This document shows, in pieces, positions 49,513-59,026 of a stretch of DNA of 64,000 nt (within the stretch, counting starts at the first letter, position 1; each line of letters opens with the position of its first letter). The notes under the pieces are model-generated. The model worked only from the letters and a program-made list of their open reading frames with translations, ran no database searches and was not told the origin of the DNA. Origin of the DNA: Bryobacterales bacterium (GTDB taxonomy: Bacteria; Acidobacteriota; Terriglobia; Bryobacterales; UBA6623); assembly GCA_965206655.1 (NCBI GenBank), contig CBDBKC010000034.1, forward strand, positions 365,613 through 429,612, given 5' to 3'. A program made the position numbers and the translations under genes.

Positions 49513-51239
49513 TGAGGCCGGCTCCGCAATCTGTCTGTCTCGTCAAAGTCGATCGTCCCTGAGCTTGAGTCGATCGCCACTCCGTAACGACTCCTCGCCC
49601 GATCGGCGCTGATCTTGCGCTCCCGCACATCACGCAGGACATGCTCGGGGGCCCGTTCCCAGGCGGGACCATATCCGCCCCCGCCACAGGTCTCGATGCG
49701 AATTCGATCGTCTTTTCCGACTGAGACTGTCGTCTTCGAAGGGATAGCATGGTCGACGCCGTTCGAGACGCGTACGTAGCCGGCGGGCTTGCCGTCATCG
49801 CCTCCGAAGACGCCCCACGGCGGAAACCGCACTCGATCGGCCAGTATTGTGAACACCGGTTCATGGTCGATGAACTGGTATTCCCGGCATAGGCCAAGCC
49901 CCCCCCGAAACCGTCCGGGGCCCTCGGAGTCGGGGATGAGACTGTAGCGAACAATGCGTACGGGGTAGTTCTGCTCGGTCTCCTCTATCGGGGCGTTTTG
50001 TGTGTTTTGGATGTGGGTCTGCACGGCGTCCGGTCCGTCGGACGCGTGTCGGCCGCCGTAACCTCCCGCCATCGTCTCGTAGAAGCAGTAGTATTCGCCA
50101 CTGCGGGGGTCGAGGCCGCCGAATCCGATCTGGCAGATCATCCCCTTGGTTCCCGCGGGCACCCTCTCAGGCACAGCCGGGGCAAGGGCCTTGAAGAGAA
50201 TCTCGCATAGCCTCGCAGTGACCTCCCAGCCACCCACGATAGCTGTTGGCGGTTTCGGATTCACAGCCGATCCTTCGGGCGCTATGACGCGAATGGGCTT
50301 GTAGAAGCCTTCATTGAGCGGAATATCCGGGTCCGTCAGACACTTCAAGACATACACGCAGGCAGTGAAGGTCTGGGTCAAATTGCAATTCATCGGCGCC
50401 GGTCTTTGCGAGTCCGATCCGGTGAAGTCAAAAGTCGCCTGATCCCCCTCGATTGTGACCTTCGCTTTCAGGTGGACCGGCTCACTCGTGATGCCGTCGT
50501 CGTCGAGGTAGGCCTCGGCCTCGAACGACCCCTGCGGCAACTCGCGAATCTGCGTCCGAAGCCGTTGCTCACTGTAGTCGATAAGCCGGTCCACGTAATG
50601 ACGAAGCGTTCCCACGCCGTAGCGATCAAAAAGCTGGGTGAGGCGGCGAATGCCGATGTTGTTGGCCGCGATCTGCGCGCGCAGATCACCGGCTACTTCC
50701 TTGGCTGCCCGTACGTTCGCCAGAAACATTTTCAAGACGTCTTCCACCACTTCTCCGCCGGAGACGAGCTTCACAACCGGGAGGATGAATCCCTCTTGAT
50801 AGATCTCTCGAAACACTCCAATGCTGGCCGGGGCGCCGCCACCTACGTCGACGTGATGGCAGGTGTTCGCGACGTAGCCGATCAGCTCACCCTCGACGTA
50901 GAACGGGGAGATAAGAAAGACGTCGTTCAGGTGACTCGACTGACGATGGGGATCGTTCACCAGCAGGCCGTCTCCGGGCTCGAGGTTCTCGGGACCATAC
51001 TCACGTACGGCCCGGGGGACGATGCGTCCGGTGGTAACGAGATGCGCCGGCTGGCAAAAGGCCTGCGCCACCATCCGGCCCGCGGCATCAACGAAGGCAC
51101 AGGAATAGTCGAGGCGTGTCTTGATGTTGGTGGAGTAGGCGGTCCTGCGGAGAGAAACCGACATTTCCTCGGTCGCCTCGACCAGCGAGTTCCGGATCAC
51201 CTCGAACAAAACCGGGTCAGTCTCGGTGTCAGGCGTCAT
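49509..51239 (-). CDS. hyuB: Hydantoinase B/oxoprolinase subunit (HyuB), copy 2 (tandem paralog)
   Basis: From the ATG at 51237..51239: MTPDTETDPVLFEVIRNSLVEATEEMSVSLRRTAYSTNIKTRLDYSCAFVD..., colinear with copy 1 along its whole length with many identical blocks. Overlaps copy 1 by 4 nt. The track ORF extension to 51857 is antisense to the FAD oxidoreductase gene. Confidence 0.9.
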   Translation of the reverse strand: MTPDTETDPVLFEVIRNSLVEATEEMSVSLRRTAYSTNIKTRLDYSCAFVDAAGRMVAQAFCQPAHLVTTGRIVPRAVREYGPENLEPGDGLLVNDPHRQSSHLNDVFLISPFYVEGELIGYVANTCHHVDVGGGAPASIGVFREIYQEGFILPVVKLVSGGEVVEDVLKMFLANVRAAKEVAGDLRAQIAANNIGIRRLTQLFDRYGVGTLRHYVDRLIDYSEQRLRTQIRELPQGSFEAEAYLDDDGITSEPVHLKAKVTIEGDQATFDFTGSDSQRPAPMNCNLTQTFTACVYVLKCLTDPDIPLNEGFYKPIRVIAPEGSAVNPKPPTAIVGGWEVTARLCEILFKALAPAVPERVPAGTKGMICQIGFGGLDPRSGEYYCFYETMAGGYGGRHASDGPDAVQTHIQNTQNAPIEETEQNYPVRIVRYSLIPDSEGPGRFRGGLGLCREYQFIDHEPVFTILADRVRFPPWGVFGGDDGKPAGYVRVSNGVDHAIPSKTTVSVGKDDRIRIETCGGGGYGPAWERAPEHVLRDVRERKISADRARSRYGVAIDSSSGTIDFDETDRLRSRPQ

Positions 51240-51353
51240 AGGCTTGGAGTTTTCCAACACAGGGAGGGTGGTCTCATCGGTTCCAGGTCGCAGGCGGTAG
51301 ACCATGGTATGCTGGCACCCACCGTCGCGTAAAGAGGGCAAGGATGGTTGTTG

Positions 51354-52523
51354 ATGCGAAAAACTGCTGATGCGGTCGTGATAGGCGCCGGCATCATGGG
51401 GGCCTGTACCGCTCACTTCCTGGCGAAAAAGGGGTTTGGCAACGTTGTTCTTCTGGAAAAGCGCGAGCTGGCGGCCGTGAGCACAGGTCACTCGGCGGCT
51501 ATCATTCGGACCTTCTACTCGAATCCGGTAACCATGTCTCTCGCCCTGCGCGCGCGGGAGATGTTCGAGAACGACCAGGAGCAAATCGGCGGTGACTGCG
51601 AGTTTCGTCACACGGGCTACCTCTGTCTGTTTGAAGAAAAGTTGGCTTCGACGGGCGAACAGATACTCCGGCTCAAACGCCCGGAAGGCGTGGTTGCGAA
51701 ACGAGTCTCCTCTCGTGAGATCGAGGAGCTTGTGCCCGGGATCGCTGTGGAGCAAGGCGCTTTCGGGATCTACGAGCCTCTCTCCGGCTACGTCAATCCG
51801 GTGAAGACGGTCCACCACTTTGTCGAGCGTGCCAAGGATTGGGGTTTGACAGCCCATGAGGGCGTGGGCGCCACTGCGATTCGACTCGACGGAAACCGCG
51901 TAAGTGCTGTCGAGACGGATGAAGGAACCATCGAAACGCCGGTCGTCGTGAACGCGGCAGGCGGATGGGGCCGCGCTCTCGGAATGACGGTGGGACTCAA
52001 CTACTCACTTCGCTGGAGCCGCGAGTGCGACATCGTCGTGGGAAAACCTGACGGACTTGGCAACTTTCCCGTGGTAGCCGACTCCAACCTGCAGCTCTAC
52101 TTCCGGCCAAACGGCGATGGACACATCCTGGCCGGCCTTGCCCCGCCAAAGGAAATCGAGCCGTTGAACATCGACGATTATGACGCTGAGCTCGATGCAC
52201 GGAGCCGAACGCGGATTGAGTCAGGCCTCTTTCGACGAATGCCCGCGCTAAGGGGCCAGCCGTTTAAGCGCGGCTGGGCCTCAATGTATACGGTCACCGA
52301 TGACTGGCACCCGCTAGTCGGACCCGAGCCGGGTCTGGAAGGCTACTACGCCTGCTTCGGAGGTAGCGGCCACGGTTTCAAGCTCGGCCCGCCGATTGGT
52401 GAGGCGTTAAGCGACATGATCGCCGGCGAGGAACCAAAGATTGGTATCGAAGCCTTCCGTCCGAATCGCTTTGTCGAGGGGGATTTTTTCACGTCGGCTT
52501 GGGGAACAGGCAACCGCGCGTGA
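51354..52523 (+). CDS. FAD-dependent oxidoreductase (DAO family; sarcosine oxidase beta / D-amino-acid oxidase-like)
   Basis: MRKTADAVVIGAGIMGACTAHFLAKKG (GxGxxG dinucleotide fold) ...FGGSGHGFKLGP near the C-terminus. The TTG at 51348 is an alternative start. Confidence 0.9.
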   Translation: MRKTADAVVIGAGIMGACTAHFLAKKGFGNVVLLEKRELAAVSTGHSAAIIRTFYSNPVTMSLALRAREMFENDQEQIGGDCEFRHTGYLCLFEEKLASTGEQILRLKRPEGVVAKRVSSREIEELVPGIAVEQGAFGIYEPLSGYVNPVKTVHHFVERAKDWGLTAHEGVGATAIRLDGNRVSAVETDEGTIETPVVVNAAGGWGRALGMTVGLNYSLRWSRECDIVVGKPDGLGNFPVVADSNLQLYFRPNGDGHILAGLAPPKEIEPLNIDDYDAELDARSRTRIESGLFRRMPALRGQPFKRGWASMYTVTDDWHPLVGPEPGLEGYYACFGGSGHGFKLGPPIGEALSDMIAGEEPKIGIEAFRPNRFVEGDFFTSAWGTGNRA

Positions 52524-52635
52524 TGGCGACGGTGCGTCCGCGATTTCGGCAACAGGAGTGTTGGTCAACGCAGGCTGACGCCCGCGGCTCTGAGTGTTGA
52601 TCGGGGACGTCTCGGCCGATCCGGCGCGCTTGGAT

Positions 52636-53082
52636 CTAGGCTTCTCGGACCTTGATTCTGACGGCCCAGGCGGCTTCAAGGTCGGCGTTGATCAACTGGC
52701 AGCGGACTAGGCGCGCCGGCTCGTCCTTTGCCCAGCCGTTGCTCGCGCCCAAGACCGTTAGGGGCGTGAAACGGACTGGGCCGTTGTCGAGTCCGCCGGC
52801 CCGCCAGGCGTCGTTCGCCCGATCCGCCCGGCGAGCGTACAGATCCGCGTGCAACGCGTTCGATCCGTTCGCATACAGGACCTTGATCTCGGCCAAACCG
52901 CCCCGCTGCACGACCGCCTCCGCGACGCTTTCGCCTGCCAGCGGTTCAGCACTGGGTTTGACTCTGGGTTCGGCGCTGAACTTCCTTGCGAACCCCTTGT
53001 CAGCGCGTACTGCCGTGTTCTCCAAAACGCTCCGCTCTTCGTCACTGAGTCTCCGCGGTTTCGATCGACGTGCCATTCGCAC
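52636..53082 (-). CDS. Hypothetical protein
   Basis: 148 aa with balanced composition (…EIKVLYANGSNALHADLYARRADRANDAWRAGGLDNGPVRFTPLTVLG…). The overlapping + strand ORF is S/R/A-rich and shadow-like. No family recognised. Confidence 0.45.
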   Translation of the reverse strand: MRMARRSKPRRLSDEERSVLENTAVRADKGFARKFSAEPRVKPSAEPLAGESVAEAVVQRGGLAEIKVLYANGSNALHADLYARRADRANDAWRAGGLDNGPVRFTPLTVLGASNGWAKDEPARLVRCQLINADLEAAWAVRIKVREA

Positions 53083-53135
53083 CGCCCGTCCTTGTGGACG
53101 GTCCCAGTATACAGATGCTGTGTGCCGCCGGGCGG

Positions 53136-53846
53136 CTATGCGCCCGTTCCTTCCAGGGCCTGCTCCATGGTCAAACGCGTGCGGGTCATCAGGTCGGCGC
53201 GGTCTTGGGTAGTGAGATTGGTGGTGGGGATGGGCGCGTGGAAACGGAGTGTTACCTCGCCTGGCTGAATCCAGTTGCGTCCCTTGGGCATGAGCGGGCG
53301 GCTGCCGTGAACGGTGATCGGCACGATAGGCACCTGGGCCTCGATGGCCATCGAAAACGGACCGGGGCGAAACGGCAACATCTTGCCGTCGGGGCTACGC
53401 GTTCCCTCCGGGAAGACGAGCAGCGAAATACCGTTGCGGAGTGTTGCGACGCTGTCCTCCATGGCTTTCCGGCGGGATTCGCGGTCGTTCCGTTTAACGT
53501 AGATGAACCCTCCGAGGCCCATGACGTAGCCGAGTACAGGGATGCGTCCGAGAGATTCTTTCAATACGACGGCGATGCGCGGCAGGTGGCCGAACAAGGC
53601 CGGCGGATCAAGATTGCTGACGTGGTTGCAGACAAAGACGGCTGTAGGAAGCGCGAAAGCACGCTCGACATGGAGCATCCGGAGCCGGATGCCGGCCAGC
53701 CAAAGGGCTGAATTGGCGCCGACCTGAGCGGCACGGTAGATCGGTTTAATGTTCTTCGTGATCCATGTGACAGGGACAAATATAGCCGCTGCCAAGAGAA
53801 CGTAGCAGGCCAAAAACGGGCACACGAGTAGATAGGTCCGAAGCAT
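53136..53846 (-). CDS. plsC: 1-acyl-sn-glycerol-3-phosphate acyltransferase (LPLAT family)
   Basis: N-terminal TM helix, the NHVSNLDP (HX4D) motif, and FPEGTRSPDG. Confidence 0.9.
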   Translation of the reverse strand: MLRTYLLVCPFLACYVLLAAAIFVPVTWITKNIKPIYRAAQVGANSALWLAGIRLRMLHVERAFALPTAVFVCNHVSNLDPPALFGHLPRIAVVLKESLGRIPVLGYVMGLGGFIYVKRNDRESRRKAMEDSVATLRNGISLLVFPEGTRSPDGKMLPFRPGPFSMAIEAQVPIVPITVHGSRPLMPKGRNWIQPGEVTLRFHAPIPTTNLTTQDRADLMTRTRLTMEQALEGTGA

Positions 53847-53906
53847 GGGGCAAGACCCGCCATTGTGGTATCTTACGGGTCGCTAAAGCAAGCTGGACCT
53901 TCGCGG

Positions 53907-54110
53907 ATGCCGATGAAGCAGACTTCAAGACGTAGGTTTGGAAAGACGCTGGCCGCCTGGAGTGCCTCCGCTGGTGTGGCGGTCCAGGCGGTGGCTCAGC
54001 AGAAGGAAGCTGAGTCCGAAGCCGCGATGCCCCCGTGCATCGTGAATACCGTGCTGGGCGAGTTCGATCTTCCCCGAAGCACCGAACCCGCGTTCATCTT
54101 CAAGGCTTAG
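53907..54110 (+). CDS. Small Tat-signal protein preceding the amidase (possible GatC/AtzG-like accessory or export pilot)
   Basis: MPMKQTSRRRFGKTLAAWSASAGVAVQAVA-QQKEAESEAAMPPCIVNTVLGEFDLPRSTEPAFIFKA has a twin-arginine motif, an h-region and an AxA site. It ends 19 nt before the amidase start. Confidence 0.55.
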   Translation: MPMKQTSRRRFGKTLAAWSASAGVAVQAVAQQKEAESEAAMPPCIVNTVLGEFDLPRSTEPAFIFKA

Positions 54111-54129
54111 GATCGCGGTTCGAACCCTG

Positions 54130-55548
54130 ATGGACGACGACGTACTGTACTTGACGATCCCTGAGCTGGGCGCGCGGCTCGCGAAGCGTGAGTTTACGAG
54201 CCGCGAACTGACGGAAGCCTACCTTGAGCGGCTCAGTAGACTGGGGCCGAAGTTCAATTCGCTGGCCCGGCCTACGGAGGAAACCGCGTTTCGGCAAGCG
54301 GATGTGGCGGATCGGCTGTTCGCGCAGGGTCGTATCGAGGGACCTTTGCAGGGAATTCCCTACGGCGTCAAAGATCTATTGTCGGCAAAGGAGTACATCA
54401 CGTCGTGGGGCGCGGAAGTGTTTCGCGACCAGCGGTTCGGCCATGACGCGGCGGTGGTGAGGAAGCTGGCGCACGCGGGTGGGGTTCTCGTGGCGAAGCT
54501 CGCAATGGTGCGATTCGCGGGCGGCGGCGGCTACGACCACCCGACGGAATCGCTTCACGGTCCGGGCCGAAATCCCTGGAATCCGAAGTACTGGGCGGGC
54601 GGGTCGTCGAGCGGTTCGGGAGGGGCTGTGGCCGCCGCGATGACGCCGTTTGCGATCGGCTCGGAAACCTGGGGGTCGATCGTGGGGCCGAGCTCTTATT
54701 GTGCGGTGACGGGTTTGCGCCCAACTTACGGCCTCGTGAGCCGCTACGGAGCGATGGCGTTGTCTTGGACGATGGACAAGTTGGGGCCGATGTGCCGTTC
54801 GGCGGAAGACTGCGCGTTGGTCTTGGAAGCGATCTCGGGGCCGGACGCCGCTGACCCTTCGCAATCGGGGCGGCGCTTTCGGGCAGATGCGCCGGCGCCT
54901 CCGGTTTCGATGCTGCGCATCGGGTTTGCGGAGGTGGATTTCGACGAATGGGCGCATCCGGATTCGCGGCCGGCATTGAACGAGGCCCTCAGGGTCCTGC
55001 GGGAGACGGGCGCGGCTTTCAAGAGCGTCGCGCTGCCTGAGATGCCGTATCGCGATGTGGCACGGACGTTGATTTCATGCGAGGCGGCGTCGGTGTTCGA
55101 GGATGTGATTCGCAGCGAGGAGTTTGAGAATCATCCGGATCTTAAACAGAAAGAAGGATTCCGGCGAGGACTCCAGATCCCCGCGACGGACTATCTGAAG
55201 GCGATGCGGATTCGGAGGTTGATGCAGGACAAGATGTCTCAGTTCTTCGAGGACGTCGACATCGTCGTGCAGCCGGCATCGGCCAACACAGCTCCGCTCA
55301 TCGAAAAGGAGCCAGACACCGAAGCGACGACCAGTCCGGAGCTTTCGAGAAAAGGGAATACCGACCTGGGGGCGGCGGGAAACGCCACGGGGCTGCCGGC
55401 GCTGACGATTCCGTGCGGGTTTGGCCAGAACGGCTTGCCGACAGCGCTGCAGCTTGTGGCGCGTCCGAACAATGAAGCCGCGCTAATCGCGGTAGGTAAA
55501 GAGTTTCAGGGGCGCACGGATTGGCACCGGCGGCGTCCTCCGGTATAG
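54130..55548 (+). CDS. Amidase-signature (AS) family amidase, GatA-like, no signal peptide
   Basis: GIPYGVKDLL (catalytic Lys context), GGSSSGSGGAVAA (AS-family GGSS[GS]G motif), 472 aa. The N-terminus MDDDVLYLTIPELG is not signal-like. Confidence 0.92.
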   Translation: MDDDVLYLTIPELGARLAKREFTSRELTEAYLERLSRLGPKFNSLARPTEETAFRQADVADRLFAQGRIEGPLQGIPYGVKDLLSAKEYITSWGAEVFRDQRFGHDAAVVRKLAHAGGVLVAKLAMVRFAGGGGYDHPTESLHGPGRNPWNPKYWAGGSSSGSGGAVAAAMTPFAIGSETWGSIVGPSSYCAVTGLRPTYGLVSRYGAMALSWTMDKLGPMCRSAEDCALVLEAISGPDAADPSQSGRRFRADAPAPPVSMLRIGFAEVDFDEWAHPDSRPALNEALRVLRETGAAFKSVALPEMPYRDVARTLISCEAASVFEDVIRSEEFENHPDLKQKEGFRRGLQIPATDYLKAMRIRRLMQDKMSQFFEDVDIVVQPASANTAPLIEKEPDTEATTSPELSRKGNTDLGAAGNATGLPALTIPCGFGQNGLPTALQLVARPNNEAALIAVGKEFQGRTDWHRRRPPV

Positions 55549-55564
55549 GCATCCCTATCACACA

Positions 55565-56308
55565 CTATTTCGAGTACCGGCCGCTCCAATCGTTCTTGCG
55601 GACGCGAAGGATGTCGAGGAAAGCGGCGGCGCCGGAGAACATGCTGACTTTGGTTCCCTCGCTGTGATCCCAGCGAACAGGCACTTCGGCGATTTGGTAG
55701 CCGAGCTTGCGGGCAAGGTAAAGAACCTCGACGTCGAATCCAAAGCCCTCGAGTCGCTGCCGCGAAAAAATATCCTGCGCGGCCTTATAGGAGCAGAGTT
55801 TAAAGCCGCACTGGGTGTCCTTGAAGGGAAGTCCGGCGCCGATGCGAACAGCGACGTTGAAAACGCGACCCATCATTTCGCGGAACGGAGATTGGTGGAC
55901 GCCGATCAGGGTGCGGTCGACGGCGCGGGAGCCGATGGCGACGTCGCAGCCCTGTTTTTCAACGGCCGCGAAGAGCTTTGCGCATTCTTCGATCGGGGCG
56001 GACAGGTCGGCGTCGGTAACCAGTATCCAGGCGTAACGTGACTCGGTAACGCCGTGCCGGACCGAATAGCCTTTGCCGCGATTTCGTCCGTTGTCGAGCA
56101 CGGTGACGCGCAGCCCCTCGTCCTCCAGCCCGCTCGCGGTGACGCGGGCGATCTCAAACGTATTGTCACTGGAACCATCGTTGACAACCAGGATTTCGGA
56201 AGGTTGCCGTACGTTGTCTTTCAGGTATTGAGCCACCTTCTCCATACTCGCGGGCAGACGGAACTCCTCGTTGTACGCGGGAATCACAACGGAGAGGGGA
56301 GGTAGCAA
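55565..56308 (-). CDS. Family 2 glycosyltransferase (polyprenyl-phosphate hexosyltransferase-like)
   Basis: TTG start. LSVVIPAYNEEFRLP...ILVVNDGSSDNT...TDADLSAP...QCGFK. Confidence 0.88.
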   Translation of the reverse strand: MLPPLSVVIPAYNEEFRLPASMEKVAQYLKDNVRQPSEILVVNDGSSDNTFEIARVTASGLEDEGLRVTVLDNGRNRGKGYSVRHGVTESRYAWILVTDADLSAPIEECAKLFAAVEKQGCDVAIGSRAVDRTLIGVHQSPFREMMGRVFNVAVRIGAGLPFKDTQCGFKLCSYKAAQDIFSRQRLEGFGFDVEVLYLARKLGYQIAEVPVRWDHSEGTKVSMFSGAAAFLDILRVRKNDWSGRYSK

Positions 56309-56443
56309 GACGGCTCCGGGGGGAAATTATAGCAACCGGTCGATAGCCGCAAACCGAGTGGAATACCTGGGTTTACCAGCCGGATTCCATCGAGAAAGGG
56401 TCGAAGCTACAACCACTTGGACACGGGCGGGTGGATGAGCCGC

Positions 56444-58021
56444 TCAGTGTTTAGCGGCCATCAGCGCGCGGAGGCGGCGGGCGCGGTCGGGTCCGCGCAG
56501 TGCTCGTAGGGCCTTCGCCTCAATCTGCCGGATGCGCTCGCGGGTGACGGCAAATTCCTGGCCGATCTCTTCCAAGGTGTGCTCGCGGTCGCAGCCGATA
56601 CCGAAACGCATGCGAATCACCTTCTCTTCCTTGGGAGAGAGGGTCTTAAGCACATCAGCCGTTTCTTCCTGGACGTTGGACTCGATCACGGCGTCAACCG
56701 GGGAACCGACCCAACGATCTTCAAGCAGGTCGCCCAGGGCCGACTCGCCGTCTCGGCCGACGGGCGTCTCGAGCGAGACAGGATCGCGCGAGATGGTTTT
56801 GAGTTTCTGGACCTTTTCGGCGGATATTTCCATGCGGCCGCCGATCTCTTCGTTGGTCGGAGTGCGGCCCAACTCCTTCTCGAGCTCACGAGAGGCCCGC
56901 AGGAACTTGTTCATACTCTCGTTCATGTGGACCGGGATGCGGATCGTGCGGGACTGATCGGCGATGGCGCGAGTGATGGCTTGACGGATCCACCAGGTGG
57001 CGTAGGTTGAGAACTTGTATCCGCGTCGGTACTCGAATTTCTCCGCTGCGCGCATCAACCCGATATTGCCTTCCTGAATCAAATCCAGCAGATGCAGTCC
57101 GCGGTTGACATATTTTTTCGCGACGGAGACGACCAAACGAAGGTTGGCTTCGACGAGGGATTTCTTGGCTTTTTCCGACTCACAGAAGCCGTCGTAGATG
57201 CGGCGGGTCGTGCGCCGGACATCCTGAAGCGTCAGATCGTAGGAGGCCTCCGCCTTGCGAATCTCACGGCGGATTTCGCGCTGGGCGCCGGCGCCGGCGC
57301 CGGTATTCGTTTTCCCTGCGGGCTGGGTCTTGAGCCTATCGAGCTCTGAGTAGAGCGGCGCTAAGTCGGCCTGTACTTTTTCGAGCTCGTCACTGAAGCG
57401 GTCCCAGTAACTCTGAGAAAACGGGATGTCCTGAATGGCGCGAGAAAGCTTGACCAGCAGGCGCTTCCGCTTCCACTTCAGATGGCGGGCAACATGGACG
57501 TTCCGTTTCGGCGTGCGATCCAGCTTCTGGCTTGCGGCCAGGACCTGTTTGTGGGCCCGGGTCACGCCTGTGAACTTCCGTTTCGCGTCGGACCGTTTCT
57601 TGTTCCGCACTTCCTCGGTATCATCAACATGGGCGATATCGACGACCGAGTCCAGTTCGAGATCGCCGCGCTTAATCCGGTCATAGATAGCGATGATTTC
57701 GACGAGGACGAGCGGCGAACGCGATACTGCGCGGAACATCTGAGTCTTGCCGCGCTCCATCCGCCGGGCGAGGTCCACTTCGCCCTGACGTGTCAGCAGC
57801 GGAACCGAGCCCATCTCGCGGAGGTAGACCCGGACGGGGTCGTCGGTGTAAAGCGCCTCCTCGGCGGCGGGTTGGCCCTGCTCGGTGTCGCCCGAATCCG
57901 CGTCCCGGCTGCGCCCATCCACGAAGGCGGGGCCTTCCTCCAGATCCACTTTCCCCCGGCCTCGGGACGGTGATATCAACTGTTCCTCGAACTGATTCAC
58001 GATCGCTTCCTCGGATCTCAT
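56444..58021 (-). CDS. rpoD: Primary RNA polymerase sigma factor RpoD
   Basis: [29 protein letters not shown]...[75 protein letters not shown]...[27 protein letters not shown]. Confidence 0.97.
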   Translation of the reverse strand: MRSEEAIVNQFEEQLISPSRGRGKVDLEEGPAFVDGRSRDADSGDTEQGQPAAEEALYTDDPVRVYLREMGSVPLLTRQGEVDLARRMERGKTQMFRAVSRSPLVLVEIIAIYDRIKRGDLELDSVVDIAHVDDTEEVRNKKRSDAKRKFTGVTRAHKQVLAASQKLDRTPKRNVHVARHLKWKRKRLLVKLSRAIQDIPFSQSYWDRFSDELEKVQADLAPLYSELDRLKTQPAGKTNTGAGAGAQREIRREIRKAEASYDLTLQDVRRTTRRIYDGFCESEKAKKSLVEANLRLVVSVAKKYVNRGLHLLDLIQEGNIGLMRAAEKFEYRRGYKFSTYATWWIRQAITRAIADQSRTIRIPVHMNESMNKFLRASRELEKELGRTPTNEEIGGRMEISAEKVQKLKTISRDPVSLETPVGRDGESALGDLLEDRWVGSPVDAVIESNVQEETADVLKTLSPKEEKVIRMRFGIGCDREHTLEEIGQEFAVTRERIRQIEAKALRALRGPDRARRLRALMAAKH

Positions 58022-58536
58022 ATCGACTCAGGCGAGAATACTTTCCTACGCACTATCGAGAGCACGTTCATGGTAACGGGCTGTCCCCTGATGCGGAGCG
58101 GTCTCCCGTGATCCATGACCTGCTTGAGTCGCAGGGAGGAGACTACCAACGGCCTATTGCCTCCAGTACGGGAGTGGTCCAACGTTCCGGTGTCGCGCAT
58201 ACGGCGGAGTCGGGTGCGGGATTTCGCCGTAGAACCAATGGTCTACAGGCTTTCTGGAGTAGTATCCGCGAAAGATAGCCCATTTGCAATAGAGAAGTTA
58301 CCTGATATGCCTACCGGTACTACAGGCCCACCTGGACAGCTCACATTCGGCCGCCTTCTCATTATCAGGTAGTCGAAGCCGGATGCGGGCCCGCCAAGTA
58401 GTGAGAACGGAGGCTAATCTCTTGATTCTAGGGGTTCGTAAGGTGACTGTCCAGCGAATTGGTTAGCTAGACTCGGACGGGCAAACAGGGATGGGCGAGT
58501 GCAGCGGCCGCAGAGATGTAGTTGAGTTAAGTCCTT

Positions 58537-59001
58537 TTAATTCAACTTCTTATTCTTGATGAGCGACGTGAGCTCAGTGAGGAACTCCTCTTCATCTTGA
58601 AAGTCGCGGTAGACAGAGGCGAATCGGACATATGCGACCTTGTCGATGGTCCGGAGACGATCCATGAGGCATTCGCCGATAGAGGCGGTCAGGCATTCCC
58701 GTTCGGTGGCATCGACGACCATGGATTCGACCTCGTTGATGAGTTCTTCCATCTGGCCCATGCTAACCGGGCGTTTTTCGCAGGCTCTCAACACCCCGGC
58801 GAGTACCTTCTGGCGCTCGAACTTTTCGCGGCGACCGTCCTTCTTGACGACCATGTAAGGGATTTCATCGATCCGCTCGTAGGTCGTGAAGCGTCGGCTG
58901 CAACTCAGGCATTCGCGGCGGCGGCGGACGACGTTGCCTTCTTTGCTTTCGCGAGAATCGACGACTTTGTCAGCCGCCTTTTCACAGAAGGGACAGAGCA
59001 T
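58537..59001 (-). CDS. nrdR: Transcriptional repressor NrdR
   Basis: MLCPFCEKAADKVVDSRESKEGNVVRRRRECLSCSRRFTTYERIDE is the Zn ribbon, followed by an ATP-cone (…VKKDGRREKFERQKV…). Confidence 0.96.
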   Translation of the reverse strand: MLCPFCEKAADKVVDSRESKEGNVVRRRRECLSCSRRFTTYERIDEIPYMVVKKDGRREKFERQKVLAGVLRACEKRPVSMGQMEELINEVESMVVDATERECLTASIGECLMDRLRTIDKVAYVRFASVYRDFQDEEEFLTELTSLIKNKKLN

Positions 59002-59026
59002 AGTGTTGGAGACCGCCGGGGCGGAT

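Noticed and set aside
51240-51857. N-terminal ~200-codon extension of the second hyuB ORF.
   Set aside because: It overlaps the FAD oxidoreductase gene on the opposite strand. Homology to hyuB copy 1 starts at DPVLFEVIRN, just after ATG 51239.
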